A DNA stretch of 64,000 nucleotides, from positions 32,001-96,000 of the forward strand of contig CAVVOB010000014.1 of assembly GCA_963749655.1 (NCBI GenBank). The letters run 5' to 3'. Shown in pieces: positions 1-10,409 of the stretch (positions are counted from its first letter, which is position 1; every line of letters starts with the position of its first letter). Source of the stretch: Nitrospirota bacterium (GTDB lineage Bacteria > Nitrospirota > UBA9217). The notes under the pieces are model-generated. The model made no database searches. It was not told the DNA's origin and saw only the letters and a list, made by a program, of their open reading frames with translations. A program made the position numbers and the translations under genes.

Positions 1-1
1 C

Positions 2-220
2 GGAGAATTCACACAATTTCTTTCTATGGCGAAAGGTTCGGCAGGCGAAGTGAAATCGCAACTTTATATAGCGCTTGACCAGAAATATATCGACAGGAAA
101 AAATTCGATCGCTTATTCATGCTTTCCGCCGAAGTCGGCAAGATGATCGGAGGTTTGATGAGTTACCTGCGCAAGACGACTATGAAGGGGACAAAGTATA
201 AAACAGCTCCAAGTAAATAA
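2..220 (+). CDS. Four helix bundle protein (23S rRNA IVS / Avd-like family), 5'-truncated by window edge
   Basis: Reads GEFTQFLSMAKGSAGEVKSQLYIALDQKYI, the typical F.QFL..AKGS.GE..SQL pattern; followed by heptamer repeats. Confidence 0.85.
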   Translation, partial: GEFTQFLSMAKGSAGEVKSQLYIALDQKYIDRKKFDRLFMLSAEVGKMIGGLMSYLRKTTMKGTKYKTAPSK

Positions 221-277
221 AGTTTCATGTTTCTAGTTATTACAAGCTCGAAACGAGAAACTCGAGACTCGAAACGT
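221..277. repeat. Degenerate heptamer repeat element (GTTTCNA / AAACTCG type) just after the four-helix-bundle gene
   Basis: agtttcatgtttctagtt...ctcgaaacgagaaactcgagactcgaaacg; same family as 10317-10405. Confidence 0.65.
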
Positions 278-302
278 AGTTTTTGTCGGAGCTGAAGACG
301 CT

Positions 303-3300
303 ATGGCAATAGCCAATAATCATGGTAAAGGGTTTTTAATTGTAGCCATCGGCGCATCCGCTGGCGGGCTCGAAGCGCTCCAGCACTTTCTCGACGCGCT
401 TCCCCGGGAATTCAACTTCGCGCTGGTCTTTATCCAGCATCTTTCGTCGAAGCACAAGAGCCTGCTCCAGGAGCTTCTCTCCGCCCGGCGTCCCTCGCTC
501 GTTATCCAGCAGATCACGGACGGCCTGAAGATCCAGCCGGGGCGGCTGTACCTCGCTCCTCCGGGCAAGGAAGTCCGTCTGCGTAACGGCCTCTTCCAGA
601 CGACCGAACACCCCGAGGGACTCCTCCATCTGCCCATAGATGAATTTCTCGGATCCCTTGCCGAAGATGCAGGGGATCGCTCCATTGCCGTGATCTTCTC
701 CGGCGCGGGCACGGACGGCGCCCGTGGGTGCCAGGCGGTCCGGGGCGCGGGAGGCACCGTCTATGTGCAGGACCCGCAGACCGCGGAATACAACAGCATG
801 CCCCATGCAGCCATCGCAACCGGCCAGGCCGATGCCGTGCTCCCTCCTGAAGGCATTGTCGCCGAGCTCCTGAGGCTCCAGGGCATCGGCCAGGCGACCG
901 TCGTCGAGTATCCCAACTCGCAGGAGGAATTTACCGACTTCTTCCGGGTCCTCCAGGAGAAGACCGGTTCACGCTTCAACCATTACAAGAAAAGCGTGGT
1001 CAGCCGCAGGATCAGCAGGCGCATGTACCTGCACGGGCTTTCCACGGTCAGAGAGTATTTGGACCTCGTCTCGTCCGGCGATTCCGAGGCCGCGCTGCTC
1101 GCATCGGACCTCATGATCGGCGTCACGTCGTTCTTCCGCGACCGGGTGGCATGGAAGGCGCTGAACATGGAGGCGGTCCGGAAGATCACTGCCGAAAACA
1201 GCACCCTCCCCGTTCGCGTCTGGACCCCTGCGAGCGCCACCGGCGAGGAGGCCTATTCCATCGCCATGATGCTGCTGCACGAGCTCGCTCTCGCCGGGAA
1301 AAAACGGGATGTCCAGGTCTTTGCCACGGACGTGAACGACCGCGCGCTGGAGCGGGCGCGCGCAGGGCAGGTATCCGGCGAGCATCACTGCGGATGTGCC
1401 GCAGGAGTACATCGAAAAGTATTTTACTGCGACCGATGACGGCAACGTTCTGGTCATCAATAAGGAGGTCCGGGAAAGCGTCGTCTTCGCCAGACAGGAC
1501 CTTTTGACCGATCCGCCCTTCTCAAAGCTCGACCTCATCATCTGCCGGAACTTCCTCATCTATCTGGAGCCCGAGGCCCAGGAAAAATGCATCAGGCTCT
1601 TCCATTACGCGCTGAACCCCGGGGGGTACCTCTTTCTCGGGAACGCCGAGACCGTGGGCAGAAGAAGCTTGCTCTTCAAGAGCATCGGCCACAAACAATG
1701 CCGGATCTACCAGAAGCTGGAAGCAAAGCCGACATCCCGGATCCCCCTGTCGGTCCCCTACGCGGCCGAACGGCAGGCGCCGCCGGCACGGCAGGCAGTC
1801 ATGACCGAACAGACCCGCTCCACCATCGAGATCATCCAGGAAAAGTTGCTCGAAGAATACGGTCCCGCTTCCGTGGCCGTGGACCAGAACCTGGAGATCA
1901 TCTATCACAACGGCGCCACGAACCGCTATCTCCGCCAGCCCCGCGGCGTGCCCACGCAGAACCTGCTGGAGCTTCTGCCGGAGAACCTCCGAAGCAGGAT
2001 GCGCGGCGCCCTGTACCGGTCCGGCCGCGAAGAGCGGCCCGTGGTAATAAGAACGACCGTGGCCGGAGACGACAACCGGAAAAGACAGGTGACGCTCCGG
2101 ATCACCCGGGTCGCCGAGAACCTGTCCATCGTCGTCTTTCTGGAAAAAACGGCGATCTCGAAAAAAGAAGCGGTCGAGCAGATCGATGCCTCGGTCATCG
2201 AGGAGACGGCGATCCATCAGCTCGAAAGCGAGCTCTCCGCCACCCGCGCGGACCTTCAGACCCATATCGAACAGCTGAAGAGCATGAACGAGGAGTTCCA
2301 GTCCTCGAACGAGGAATTGCAGGCCGCGAACGAAGAGCTCGAGACCTCCCGCGAGGAGCTCCAGTCCCTGAATGAAGAGCTGCTCACCGTGAACTCCCAG
2401 CTCCAGGGAAAGATCGAGGAGCAGGATGCCACGAACAACGACCTGAACAATTTCCTGGCGAGCACGAACATTCCAACGATCTTTCTGGACACGCAGTTCA
2501 AGGTCAAGCGCTTCACCCCTGCCATGCTCAGGCTCATCAAGCTCCTCCCCTCCGACGTGGGCAGGCCCATCGTCGACATGTCCCAGGAAAACCTCGGCCC
2601 GGACCTTATTCCCGAGGCGCAGGCTGTCCTGGCCAGCCTCGTGCCGGTGCGGAGGGAGATCGAGGACAACGGCGCCTGGTACATCCGCACCACGCTCCCC
2701 TACCGGACCTCGGACAGCCGCATCGAGGGCGTGGTAGTCACCTATACGGACATTACGGAGCGCAAGCGGGACGAAGAGATCAAGAGCCACCTGTCGGCCA
2801 TTATCGAGAACGCCGACGAAGCCATCATCAGCAAGGACCTGGACGGCATGGTCCGGACCTGGAATGCCGGAGCGGAGAAGATCTTCGGGTATTCGGCCCA
2901 GGACGCGATCGGCAGGAACATCTCCTTCCTCGTACCCCCCGGGCACGTGGACGAGGTCCCCGATATCCTCAAGAAGATCGCGCAGGGCGAGCACATCGAA
3001 CACTTCGAGACCGTGCGCATGCGGAAAGACGGAACGATCGTCCCCGTCTCGCTCACCTTCTCCCCGATACGGGACGCAAACGGCAGGGTCACCGGCGCCT
3101 CGAAGATCAGTCACGATATCAGCGCAAGGCTGAAGGCTGAAGAGCGGATAAAACATCTCGCCTCCTTCCCGCAGCTGAACCCGAACCCCGTCTGCGAGGT
3201 CGACCCCCAGGGCAACGTCATCTTCTGCAACCCTGCGACGCTGAAGATCCTGAAGGACCTGGGAAAGGGGGAAGGAGACGTCGCTCTGTTTCTGCCGGCC

Positions 3301-4986
3301 GACATTAACGAAATTCTCACGGGCCTGGACAAGAAGAAGGAAGCGCTATTTCACCGCGAAATCACGATCAAAGACCGGTTCTTCGGCGAGACCGTGCATC
3401 TCGCCCCCCAATTCAACGTCGCCCGCATTTATGCCTACGACATCACCAAGCGCAAACGGGCCGAGGAAGAGCTCCAAAAAAGCGAGGAGTTGTTCCGCCT
3501 GGCAATGGACAATATGCCCGATGCCATCGCCATCTACGACGCGGAACGACGGTACGAGTTCGTGAATGCAGCGGGCCTTCGGCGCGTGGGGAAGCCGCTC
3601 GAAGCGCTGGTCGGGCGCAGGATCGACGACATATACGACGAGGAAGCGCGGAGCGCCTTCTGGCCTGCACTCATGCGCACCTATGAAACAGGCGTTCCGC
3701 AAACTGTCGAGACCGCGCTCATCCTGCCCACCGGGCAGTATGATCTTATCATCACCTTTGTTCCCATGCCGAAGGACGGGAAGGTGCACCGAGTATTAAA
3801 CTTTACCTTCGATATCACCGAGCGCAAACGGGCGGAAGAGGAAACCCGGAGACTGCTGCATGTGGTTCAGGAGGAAAAAGACAGGCTGTCGGCGCTTATC
3901 AACAGCATTAGCGACGAGATCTGGTTTGCCGACGCAGAGAGTAAATTCACGCTGGCGAATCCTCCGGCTTTGCGGGAGTTCGGCATCGGCGCCGGCGACA
4001 CGATAGATGTGGAAAAACTCGCCGCAAACCTGGAAGTGTACCGCCAAGATGGCAGCCCTCGCCCTGTCGAGGAAGCGCCGCCCCTGCGCGCCCTTCAGGG
4101 AGAGGTAGTTACAAACCAGGAAGAAATCATCCGTACTCCCGGCACCGGGGAGTTGCGGCATCGCCAGGTCAGTTCAGCCCCGGTTCGGGATGCCGGCGGC
4201 AAAATAATCGGGTCGGTATCCGTTGTCCATGACATCACCGAGCGAAAAATACACGAACAGGAAATCCTGAAGCTCTCCGAGGACTTGGCGGCCCGGAACG
4301 CGGAACTTGAGGCACTCAACAAGGAACTCGAAGCCTTCAACTATTCCATTTCACACGACCTGCGCGCTCCGCTACGGAGCATGTCGGGATTTATCAAGAT
4401 CATCCTGGAGGACTATGCTGAAAAACTGGATGACCAGGGCAAGGACTATCTAACCCGCATCCGAAAGGGCTCCGAAAAGCTGGAGCGCCTCATCGACGAC
4501 CTGCTGCGGTTGTCGAAGGTCTCGCGACAGGCGATCGACCGAATGGATTATGATCTGACAAAGCTGGCCGAATCGATCATCAGCAACCTGCGCGAATCAT
4601 CGGCAGGAAGAAACGTGGAGGTGGTCATCCGGGCGGGGGCCAGAGCTTCGGTGGACCCGAATCTCATGAGGGTAGCCATGACAAACCTTCTCGACAACGC
4701 GTGGAAATTCACCGAAAAGACGGAAAACGCGCGAGTGGAATTCGGGGCCTTTGACAGGGACGGGGAGGCCGTTTATTTTGTCCGCGATAACGGCGCCGGA
4801 TTCGACCAGCAGTATGCCTATAAGATGTTCTGGCCGTTCCACCGGCTGCACAGCGACGCGGAATTCTCCGGCACCGGCATCGGCCTCGCCATCACGGATC
4901 GCATCATCCGCCGCCACGGAGGGAAGATCTGGGCAGAGGCGGAGATCGACAAAGGGGCAACGTTCTACTTTACGTTATCATCGTAG
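303..4986 (+). CDS. CheB methylesterase / CheR methyltransferase / multi-PAS histidine kinase fusion; one frameshift near 1365
   Basis: CheB motifs IGASAGG, QHL, SGAGTDG; CheR GVTSFFRD, TGEEAYS, DLIICRN; coiled coil NEELQAANEELETSREELQSLNEEL; SHDLRAPL H-box and GTGIGL G-box. ORFs 303-1439 and 1396-4986 are halves of one gene. Confidence 0.9.
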
Positions 4987-5005
4987 CCGCGGACTTCAGT
5001 CCGCG
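4983..5005 (+). repeat. REP-like GTAG palindrome, variant of the RAYT-flanking REP
   Basis: GTAGCCGCGGACTTCAGTCCGCG vs GTAGCCGCAGGCTTCAGCCTGCG at 9262, with compensatory stem changes; its TAG is the kinase stop codon. Confidence 0.8.
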
Positions 5006-5061
5006 TTTGGTTGGGAGCTATTTATGCGCAGGCCAAGACAGCAACTCATCGGAGAGAAAGC

Positions 5062-6099
5062 ATGATGTCTGAGGTTAAAGCACCTGACAGGATATTCAAT
5101 GTCATGGCAAGCCCGGCTGGTATCCTGTTCGTGCTCGTGGCCCTCGGAACATTCGTGGCGTGCTCACGGACGGAGCAGAAGCCCGGCGCTGCACCGGAAA
5201 AGATCACGATCGCCTATGCCGCATCGCCGGATTCCGCTCTTACCCAGGCCGCGCAGGCATTGGGTTATTATTCCGAGGAGGGGCTGGAAGCCGTTCCGCA
5301 GATTTATCCTTACGGGAAAATGGCACTCCGGGCGGTCCTCGAGGGCAAGGCGGATTTCGCCACTGCAGCGGAAACGCCGATCATGTTTGCGATCATGCGG
5401 GGCGAGAAGATAGTCATCCTTGCCACAATCGCCACGTCGCGGAAAAACAACGCTATCATAGCGAGAAAAGACAAAGGAATCCGGGTTCCCGGCGACCTGA
5501 AGGGCAAAAGAATAGCCGCGACCTTCGGTACCATCAGCGAGTTCTTCATGGATGCCTTTCTCGTGACGCATGGGATTTCCCGGAAGAATATGAAGGTGGT
5601 CAACCTGGACCCCGAGCAGGAGATGGAGGCTCTTGTACGGGGCGACGTTGACGCCATCTCCGCGTTTACGCCCTTCACGATCGAGGTCCAGCGCCGAATG
5701 GGCGATGCAGTGGTCACGTTTCATGACGAAGAGATCTACCAGCAGACCTTCAATGTCGTGGCGACACAGGAATTCGTCCGCGCAAACCCGGAGAAAGTGC
5801 GAAAATTGCTCATGGCCCTCGTAAAAGCCCAAGAATACGTCAAAGCACGACCGGAGGAGGCAAAAAGAATGGTCGCCGAATTCAGCGGGATAGACGAGAC
5901 GATCGTCGACGGCGTGTGGGCCGATGAGATTTTTGACGTGACGCTCGATCAGTCCCTGCTGCTGGCGATGGAAGACGAATCGCAATGGGCCATAAAAAAC
6001 AGGCTCGTCAGTCAAACCAGAATGCCCAATTATCTCGGCTTTATCTACCTCGACGGGCTGGAATCGGTGAAGCCGAAAGCAGTGAGGATCCTGCGTTAA
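5062..6099 (+). CDS. ABC-type periplasmic substrate-binding lipoprotein (NrtA/SsuA/NMT1-like)
   Basis: Lipobox-like FVAC; G...L.A.L.GKADFATAAETP and DLKGKRIAATFGT are typical of SsuA/NMT1-type binding proteins. Confidence 0.8.
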   Translation: MMSEVKAPDRIFNVMASPAGILFVLVALGTFVACSRTEQKPGAAPEKITIAYAASPDSALTQAAQALGYYSEEGLEAVPQIYPYGKMALRAVLEGKADFATAAETPIMFAIMRGEKIVILATIATSRKNNAIIARKDKGIRVPGDLKGKRIAATFGTISEFFMDAFLVTHGISRKNMKVVNLDPEQEMEALVRGDVDAISAFTPFTIEVQRRMGDAVVTFHDEEIYQQTFNVVATQEFVRANPEKVRKLLMALVKAQEYVKARPEEAKRMVAEFSGIDETIVDGVWADEIFDVTLDQSLLLAMEDESQWAIKNRLVSQTRMPNYLGFIYLDGLESVKPKAVRILR

Positions 6100-6109
6100 C
6101 AGGGGAAAT

Positions 6110-9100
6110 ATGAATATCAGGAAAAGACTGCAAATCAACGTCGCCACGTCCGCCATGGCGGCTGGCATTATTCTGGCCGTGCTCGTGACCGCGGCGTACC
6201 GCGTGTTCAATGCTGCGGAAGCGTCGCATATCGCCAACGATCTGGTGAGCAATGTATACCAGCGAAGCGAGTTCAGAAGCGACTATATGCAGTCGACGAA
6301 CGAAAGGACACGCATCCAATGGTTCGCCACGCACGAGCGGATCGACAGGCTCCTCGCGCTTGCTGCTGAAAAATTCACGAATTCCGAAGACAAGGCCGTC
6401 CTCGAGAAAATGGCGGAAGACCAGGAGTCGATCAGGAACCTGTTCGCAAAAATCGTGGCAAACCGAGAGGGCCCGCTTTCCGACGCCCTGATCTCGCACG
6501 AGATAGAAGACCGGCTGACCAGCCAGCTGACCATGAGAAGACAGAGTGCGATCCTGAATTCGCGCATATTGCAGGAAGCGGCGGCCGGCCGGCTGTTTCA
6601 GTCCCTCAGGACGGTCGGTTGGAGCATCCTTCTCACCGTTCTCATAATAGCAGGTGTGATCACGGTCAATTCGTGGATCATGGGCCGGGTTTTTACCGAC
6701 CGCATCGCCAGACTCCGGAACGGCGCCTCGATCATCGGTGACGGCAACCTTGACCATCGCATCGACATCAAAGGCGACGACGAGTTTGCCGAGCTTTCCC
6801 GGGCTTTCAACGCGATGACCGATAAACTGCGGAGCTCCTATGCGTCTCTGGAACAGGAGATCAACGAGCGGACCCGGGCGGAACATGCCCTGCGGGAAAA
6901 CGAGGCGCGGCTGCAATTCTCACTCGAAACCAGCCACATCGGCGCATGGGACCTTGATCTGGTCGATCACTCCGCCTTTCGCTCGCCGGAGCACGACCGT
7001 ATTTTCGGCTACCCGCACCTGCTCCCGCAATGGACATTCGATATGTTCCTGGAACATATACTGCCCGAAGACCGCCCCGCGGTCGCGGCCCAGTTCCAGG
7101 AGGCCGTCGCCACGCAGGGGGACTGGAGCATCGAGTGCCGCATCCGCCGTGTCGACGGTGAGGTCCGGTGGATCTGGGCAGCCGGCCGCCATCGACCCGA
7201 TGAAACAGGGCGGGTACGCAGAATGGCGGGGATCGTCCAGGACATCACTGAACGCAAAAGAGTCGAAGAACTGCGCCAGTCCAGCGCCTATCACCGGAGC
7301 CTCCTGGAGGCAAGCCTCGACCCGCTGGTGACCATCGATGCAAACGGCAAGATCACCGACGTGAACGCCGCCACGGAAAAGGTGACCGGACGAAAACGCG
7401 ATGAGCTGATCGGTACCGATTTCTCCGACTATTTCACCGAGCCGGAAAGGGCGCGCACCGGATACCAGCAGGTCTTCCGGGAAGGTTCGGTCATGGATTA
7501 CGCGCTCGAGATCAGGCATCGCGATGGAAGCGTCACGCCGGTCCTTTACAATGCCTCGGTGTACCGTGACGAAGCAGGAGATGTCGTCGGAGTATTTGCG
7601 GCAGCCCGCGACATCACCGAACGAAAGAAGGCGGAGGAGATCGCTCGACTCGACGAGGCGCGCACTGACAGTATCTTAAGGATTTCGCAATATTCCGCGG
7701 ATTCGTTACGCATGCTGCTGGATTTCGCTCTTGAGGAGGCGATTGCTTTTTCCGGCAGTAAATTCGGCTATCTCTATTTCTACTATGAAGACACACAGGA
7801 TTTTGTCCTTCACGCCTGGTCAAAGGATGTCATGTCCGAGTGCACGATCGCCGACCCGCAGACGAATTACAAGCTGGACAAGACTGGCATCTGGGGCGAA
7901 GTCGTCAGGCAGCGCAAGCCGATCATCGTTAATGATTTTTCAGCTCCCCATCCCCTAAAAAAAGGTTATCCGGAAGGCCACGCTCATCTTACCCGCTTCT
8001 TCAGCGTTCCCGTTTTCAGCGAAGGCCGCATCGTTGCCGTCACCGGCTTTGCCAACAGGTCAGTTGATTACAACGACCGGGATGTCAGCCAAATGACCCT
8101 TTTGATGGATTCGGTCTGGAAAATCGTTGGGCGCAAAAAAGCGGAAGAACAATTGAAGCTCGCGAACGCTTACAACCGGAGCCTGCTGGAAGCAAGTCTG
8201 GATCCCCTCGTGACCATCGACGCAGGCGGCAAGATAACCGACGTGAACATTGCGACGGAAAAAGTGACGGGCCGCTCCCGCGCCGAACTGATCGGCACAG
8301 ATTTTTCCGATTACTTTGTGGAACCATCGAAGGCCAAGGCCGGGTATCAGCAGGTCTTCGAAGAAGGTTTTGTGATGGATTATGCGCTCGAGATCAGGAA
8401 CCAGGACGGTCACATTACGCCGGTCTTGTATAATGCCGCGGTGTACAGCAACGATGCCGGAAACATCATCGGCGTCTTTGCCGCGGCCCGCGACGTGACC
8501 GAGCGGAAAAAAGCGGAAGAGGAAATCAGAAAATTGAACACCGAGCTCGAGGCGCGCGTCGTCGAACGCACTGCCCAGCTCGAGACCTCGAACCGGGAGC
8601 TGGAGGCTTTCGCCTATTCCGTGTCGCACGACCTGCGCTCCCCGCTTCGCAGCATCGAGGGCTTCAGCCTTGCTCTTCTCGAGGACTACTCAGGCGGCCT
8701 CGATGACCAGGGAAAAGACTACCTGAACCGCGTCCGGAACGCGACGATACGGATGGGGCACCTCATCGACGATCTGCTGAAGCTTTCCCGCGTCACGCGC
8801 AGCGAAATGAGCCGGGAAGCGGTCGACCTGAGCTCCATCGTCCGTGCAATAGCCGACAACCTCGCGAAACAGGCTCCGGAGCGCCCGGCGCGGTTCATTA
8901 TTGCCGACGGGCTTTCCGCAAACGGCGACCCGCGCCTCCTGACCGTGATGCTCGAAAACCTGATCTCCAACGCGTGGAAATTTAGTGAAAAATCCGCCCC
9001 GAGTGTGATAAAATTCAGCACCGTCGACAAAAACGGGACCCGCGCCTTCTTCGTGCAGGACAACGGCGTCGGGTTTCGAAATGGCCTATGCGGACAAACT

Positions 9101-9255
9101 GTTCAGCCCCTTTCAGCGGCTGCACAGAATCTGAGGATTTTCCCGGCACCGGCATCGGCCTGGCCACGGTCAAACGCATCGTCAACCGCCACGGGGGGCA
9201 GGTCTGGATCGAAGGAGAGGTCGGGAAAGGGACGGTGGTGTATTTTACGCTGTAA
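6110..9255 (+). CDS. Membrane sensor histidine kinase (HAMP, PAS x3, GAF, HisKA, HATPase); frameshifts near 9075-9135
   Basis: Two TM segments, [20 protein letters not shown] repeats, SHDLRSPL; the C-terminal [15 protein letters not shown]...VVYFTL* continues in another frame to 9255. Confidence 0.88.
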
Positions 9256-9261
9256 GCTTTG

Positions 9262-9857
9262 GTAGCCGCAGGCTTCAGCCTGCGCGGATTGAAAGCTTTT
9301 GTCTATTTGAGCGCCGGGAACTGATGGTAATCAGAGAAAAAAAGCATAGACTCCCCTCGGAGTATTATCGGGGTGAATCTTCAGTTGCCTATACTTTATG
9401 CTTCAAGGAACGCAAAGAGGTATTCATTCATCGAGAAATAATAGATATATTTACCGATCATCTTCATGCTGTTGTCCGAAACTCTGATTGCATTATTCCG
9501 GTCTATTGCTTTATGCCTGATCACCAGCATATCATAGTCAACCGGGACAAAGGATCAAGCCGACACATGGAAGACCATAGTGCGGTATAAACAAAAAACC
9601 GGTTACTGGATGAGCAAAAACCTGCCTGATCGAGAATGGCAGAAAGACTTTTATGACCATGTTATTAAAAAGAAAGACGACCTGGCACGCCAGGTGAGAT
9701 ACGTACCCGATAATCCCGTCAGAAAAGGATTGGTAGACTCATGGTTCGACTATCCAAGGGCTCAATCGGGTGTGATTTAACGGTTATTCTTGAGGGTTTG
9801 CATTGATCATGTCTCTCGTCGGACCAAATATGAACGCAGGCTGAAGCCTGCGGCTAC
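9262..9857. mobile_element. REPtron-like unit: RAYT gene flanked by perfect inverted 23-bp GTAG REPs (9262-9284 and 9835-9857)
   Basis: GTAGCCGCAGGCTTCAGCCTGCG and its exact reverse complement bracket an AT-richer HUH transposase gene. Confidence 0.85.
9324..9806 (+). CDS. REP-associated tyrosine (Y1/HUH) transposase, RAYT; frameshifted
   Basis: YCFMPDHQH (HUH), WQKDFYDHVI, Y...NPVRKGLV; split into ORFs 9324-9590 and 9580-9780, with a probable tail CDLTVILEGLH* ending at 9806. Confidence 0.85.
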
Positions 9858-9875
9858 AAAATACACGGAGGCACC

Positions 9876-10308
9876 ATGAAATCGAAAATCATTCTTTTCG
9901 TCGAAGACAATCCCGATGACGTGCAGCTCACGCTCCGGGCGCTCAAGAAGAGCAAGATCATGAACGAGGTCGTCGTGGCGCAGGACGGCGTCGAGGCCCT
10001 GGACTACCTGTTCGGCACGGGCAAATACGCGGGCCGCGACACAGAAGATGAAACCCCAGGTGGTGCTGCTGGACCTCAAGATGCCGAAAATGGACGGGCT
10101 CGAAGTGCTCCAGCGCATACGGAAGGACGAGCGGACGAGGCTCCTGCCCGTCGTGGTACTGACGACCTCGAGCGAGGACCGGGACCGGGTCGAGAGCTAC
10201 AAGCTCGGCGCGAACAGCTACGTCCGCAAGCCCGTGGACTTCAACCAGTTCGTCGACGCCGTACACCAGCTGGGCCTGTACTGGCTGGTGTTGAACGAAA
10301 CGCCGTGA
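9876..10308 (+). CDS. Single-domain response regulator (Rcp1-like); frameshift near 10045
   Basis: [10 protein letters not shown]...[11 protein letters not shown]...VVLTTSSE...GANSYVRKP. Confidence 0.88.
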
Positions 10309-10316
10309 TGGAACCA

Positions 10317-10405
10317 GTTTCGAGTATAAGAAGTCTTGAGTTTCGCGTTGGAACCAAGAAACGAGAGCCGTAAACTCGAAACTATGAACTCGAAATCCGA
10401 AACTC
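10317..10405. repeat. Gene-less heptamer inverted element (GAGTTTC units then GAAACTC units)
   Basis: gtttcgagtataagaagtcttgagtttcgcgtt...aaactcgaaactatgaactcgaaatccgaaactc. Confidence 0.65.
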
Positions 10406-10409
10406 ATTT

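Noticed and set aside
1360-1400. Programmed frameshift separating CheB/CheR from the kinase
   Set aside because: The break is mid-CheR domain with no slippery site; consistent with the window-wide indel errors.
1522-3156. Long antisense ORFs (e.g. 1522-3156, 25366-26610, 31621-33108, 33175-34473, 38485-39654)
   Set aside because: Shadow ORFs of GC-rich genes on the opposite strand, with no recognisable motifs.
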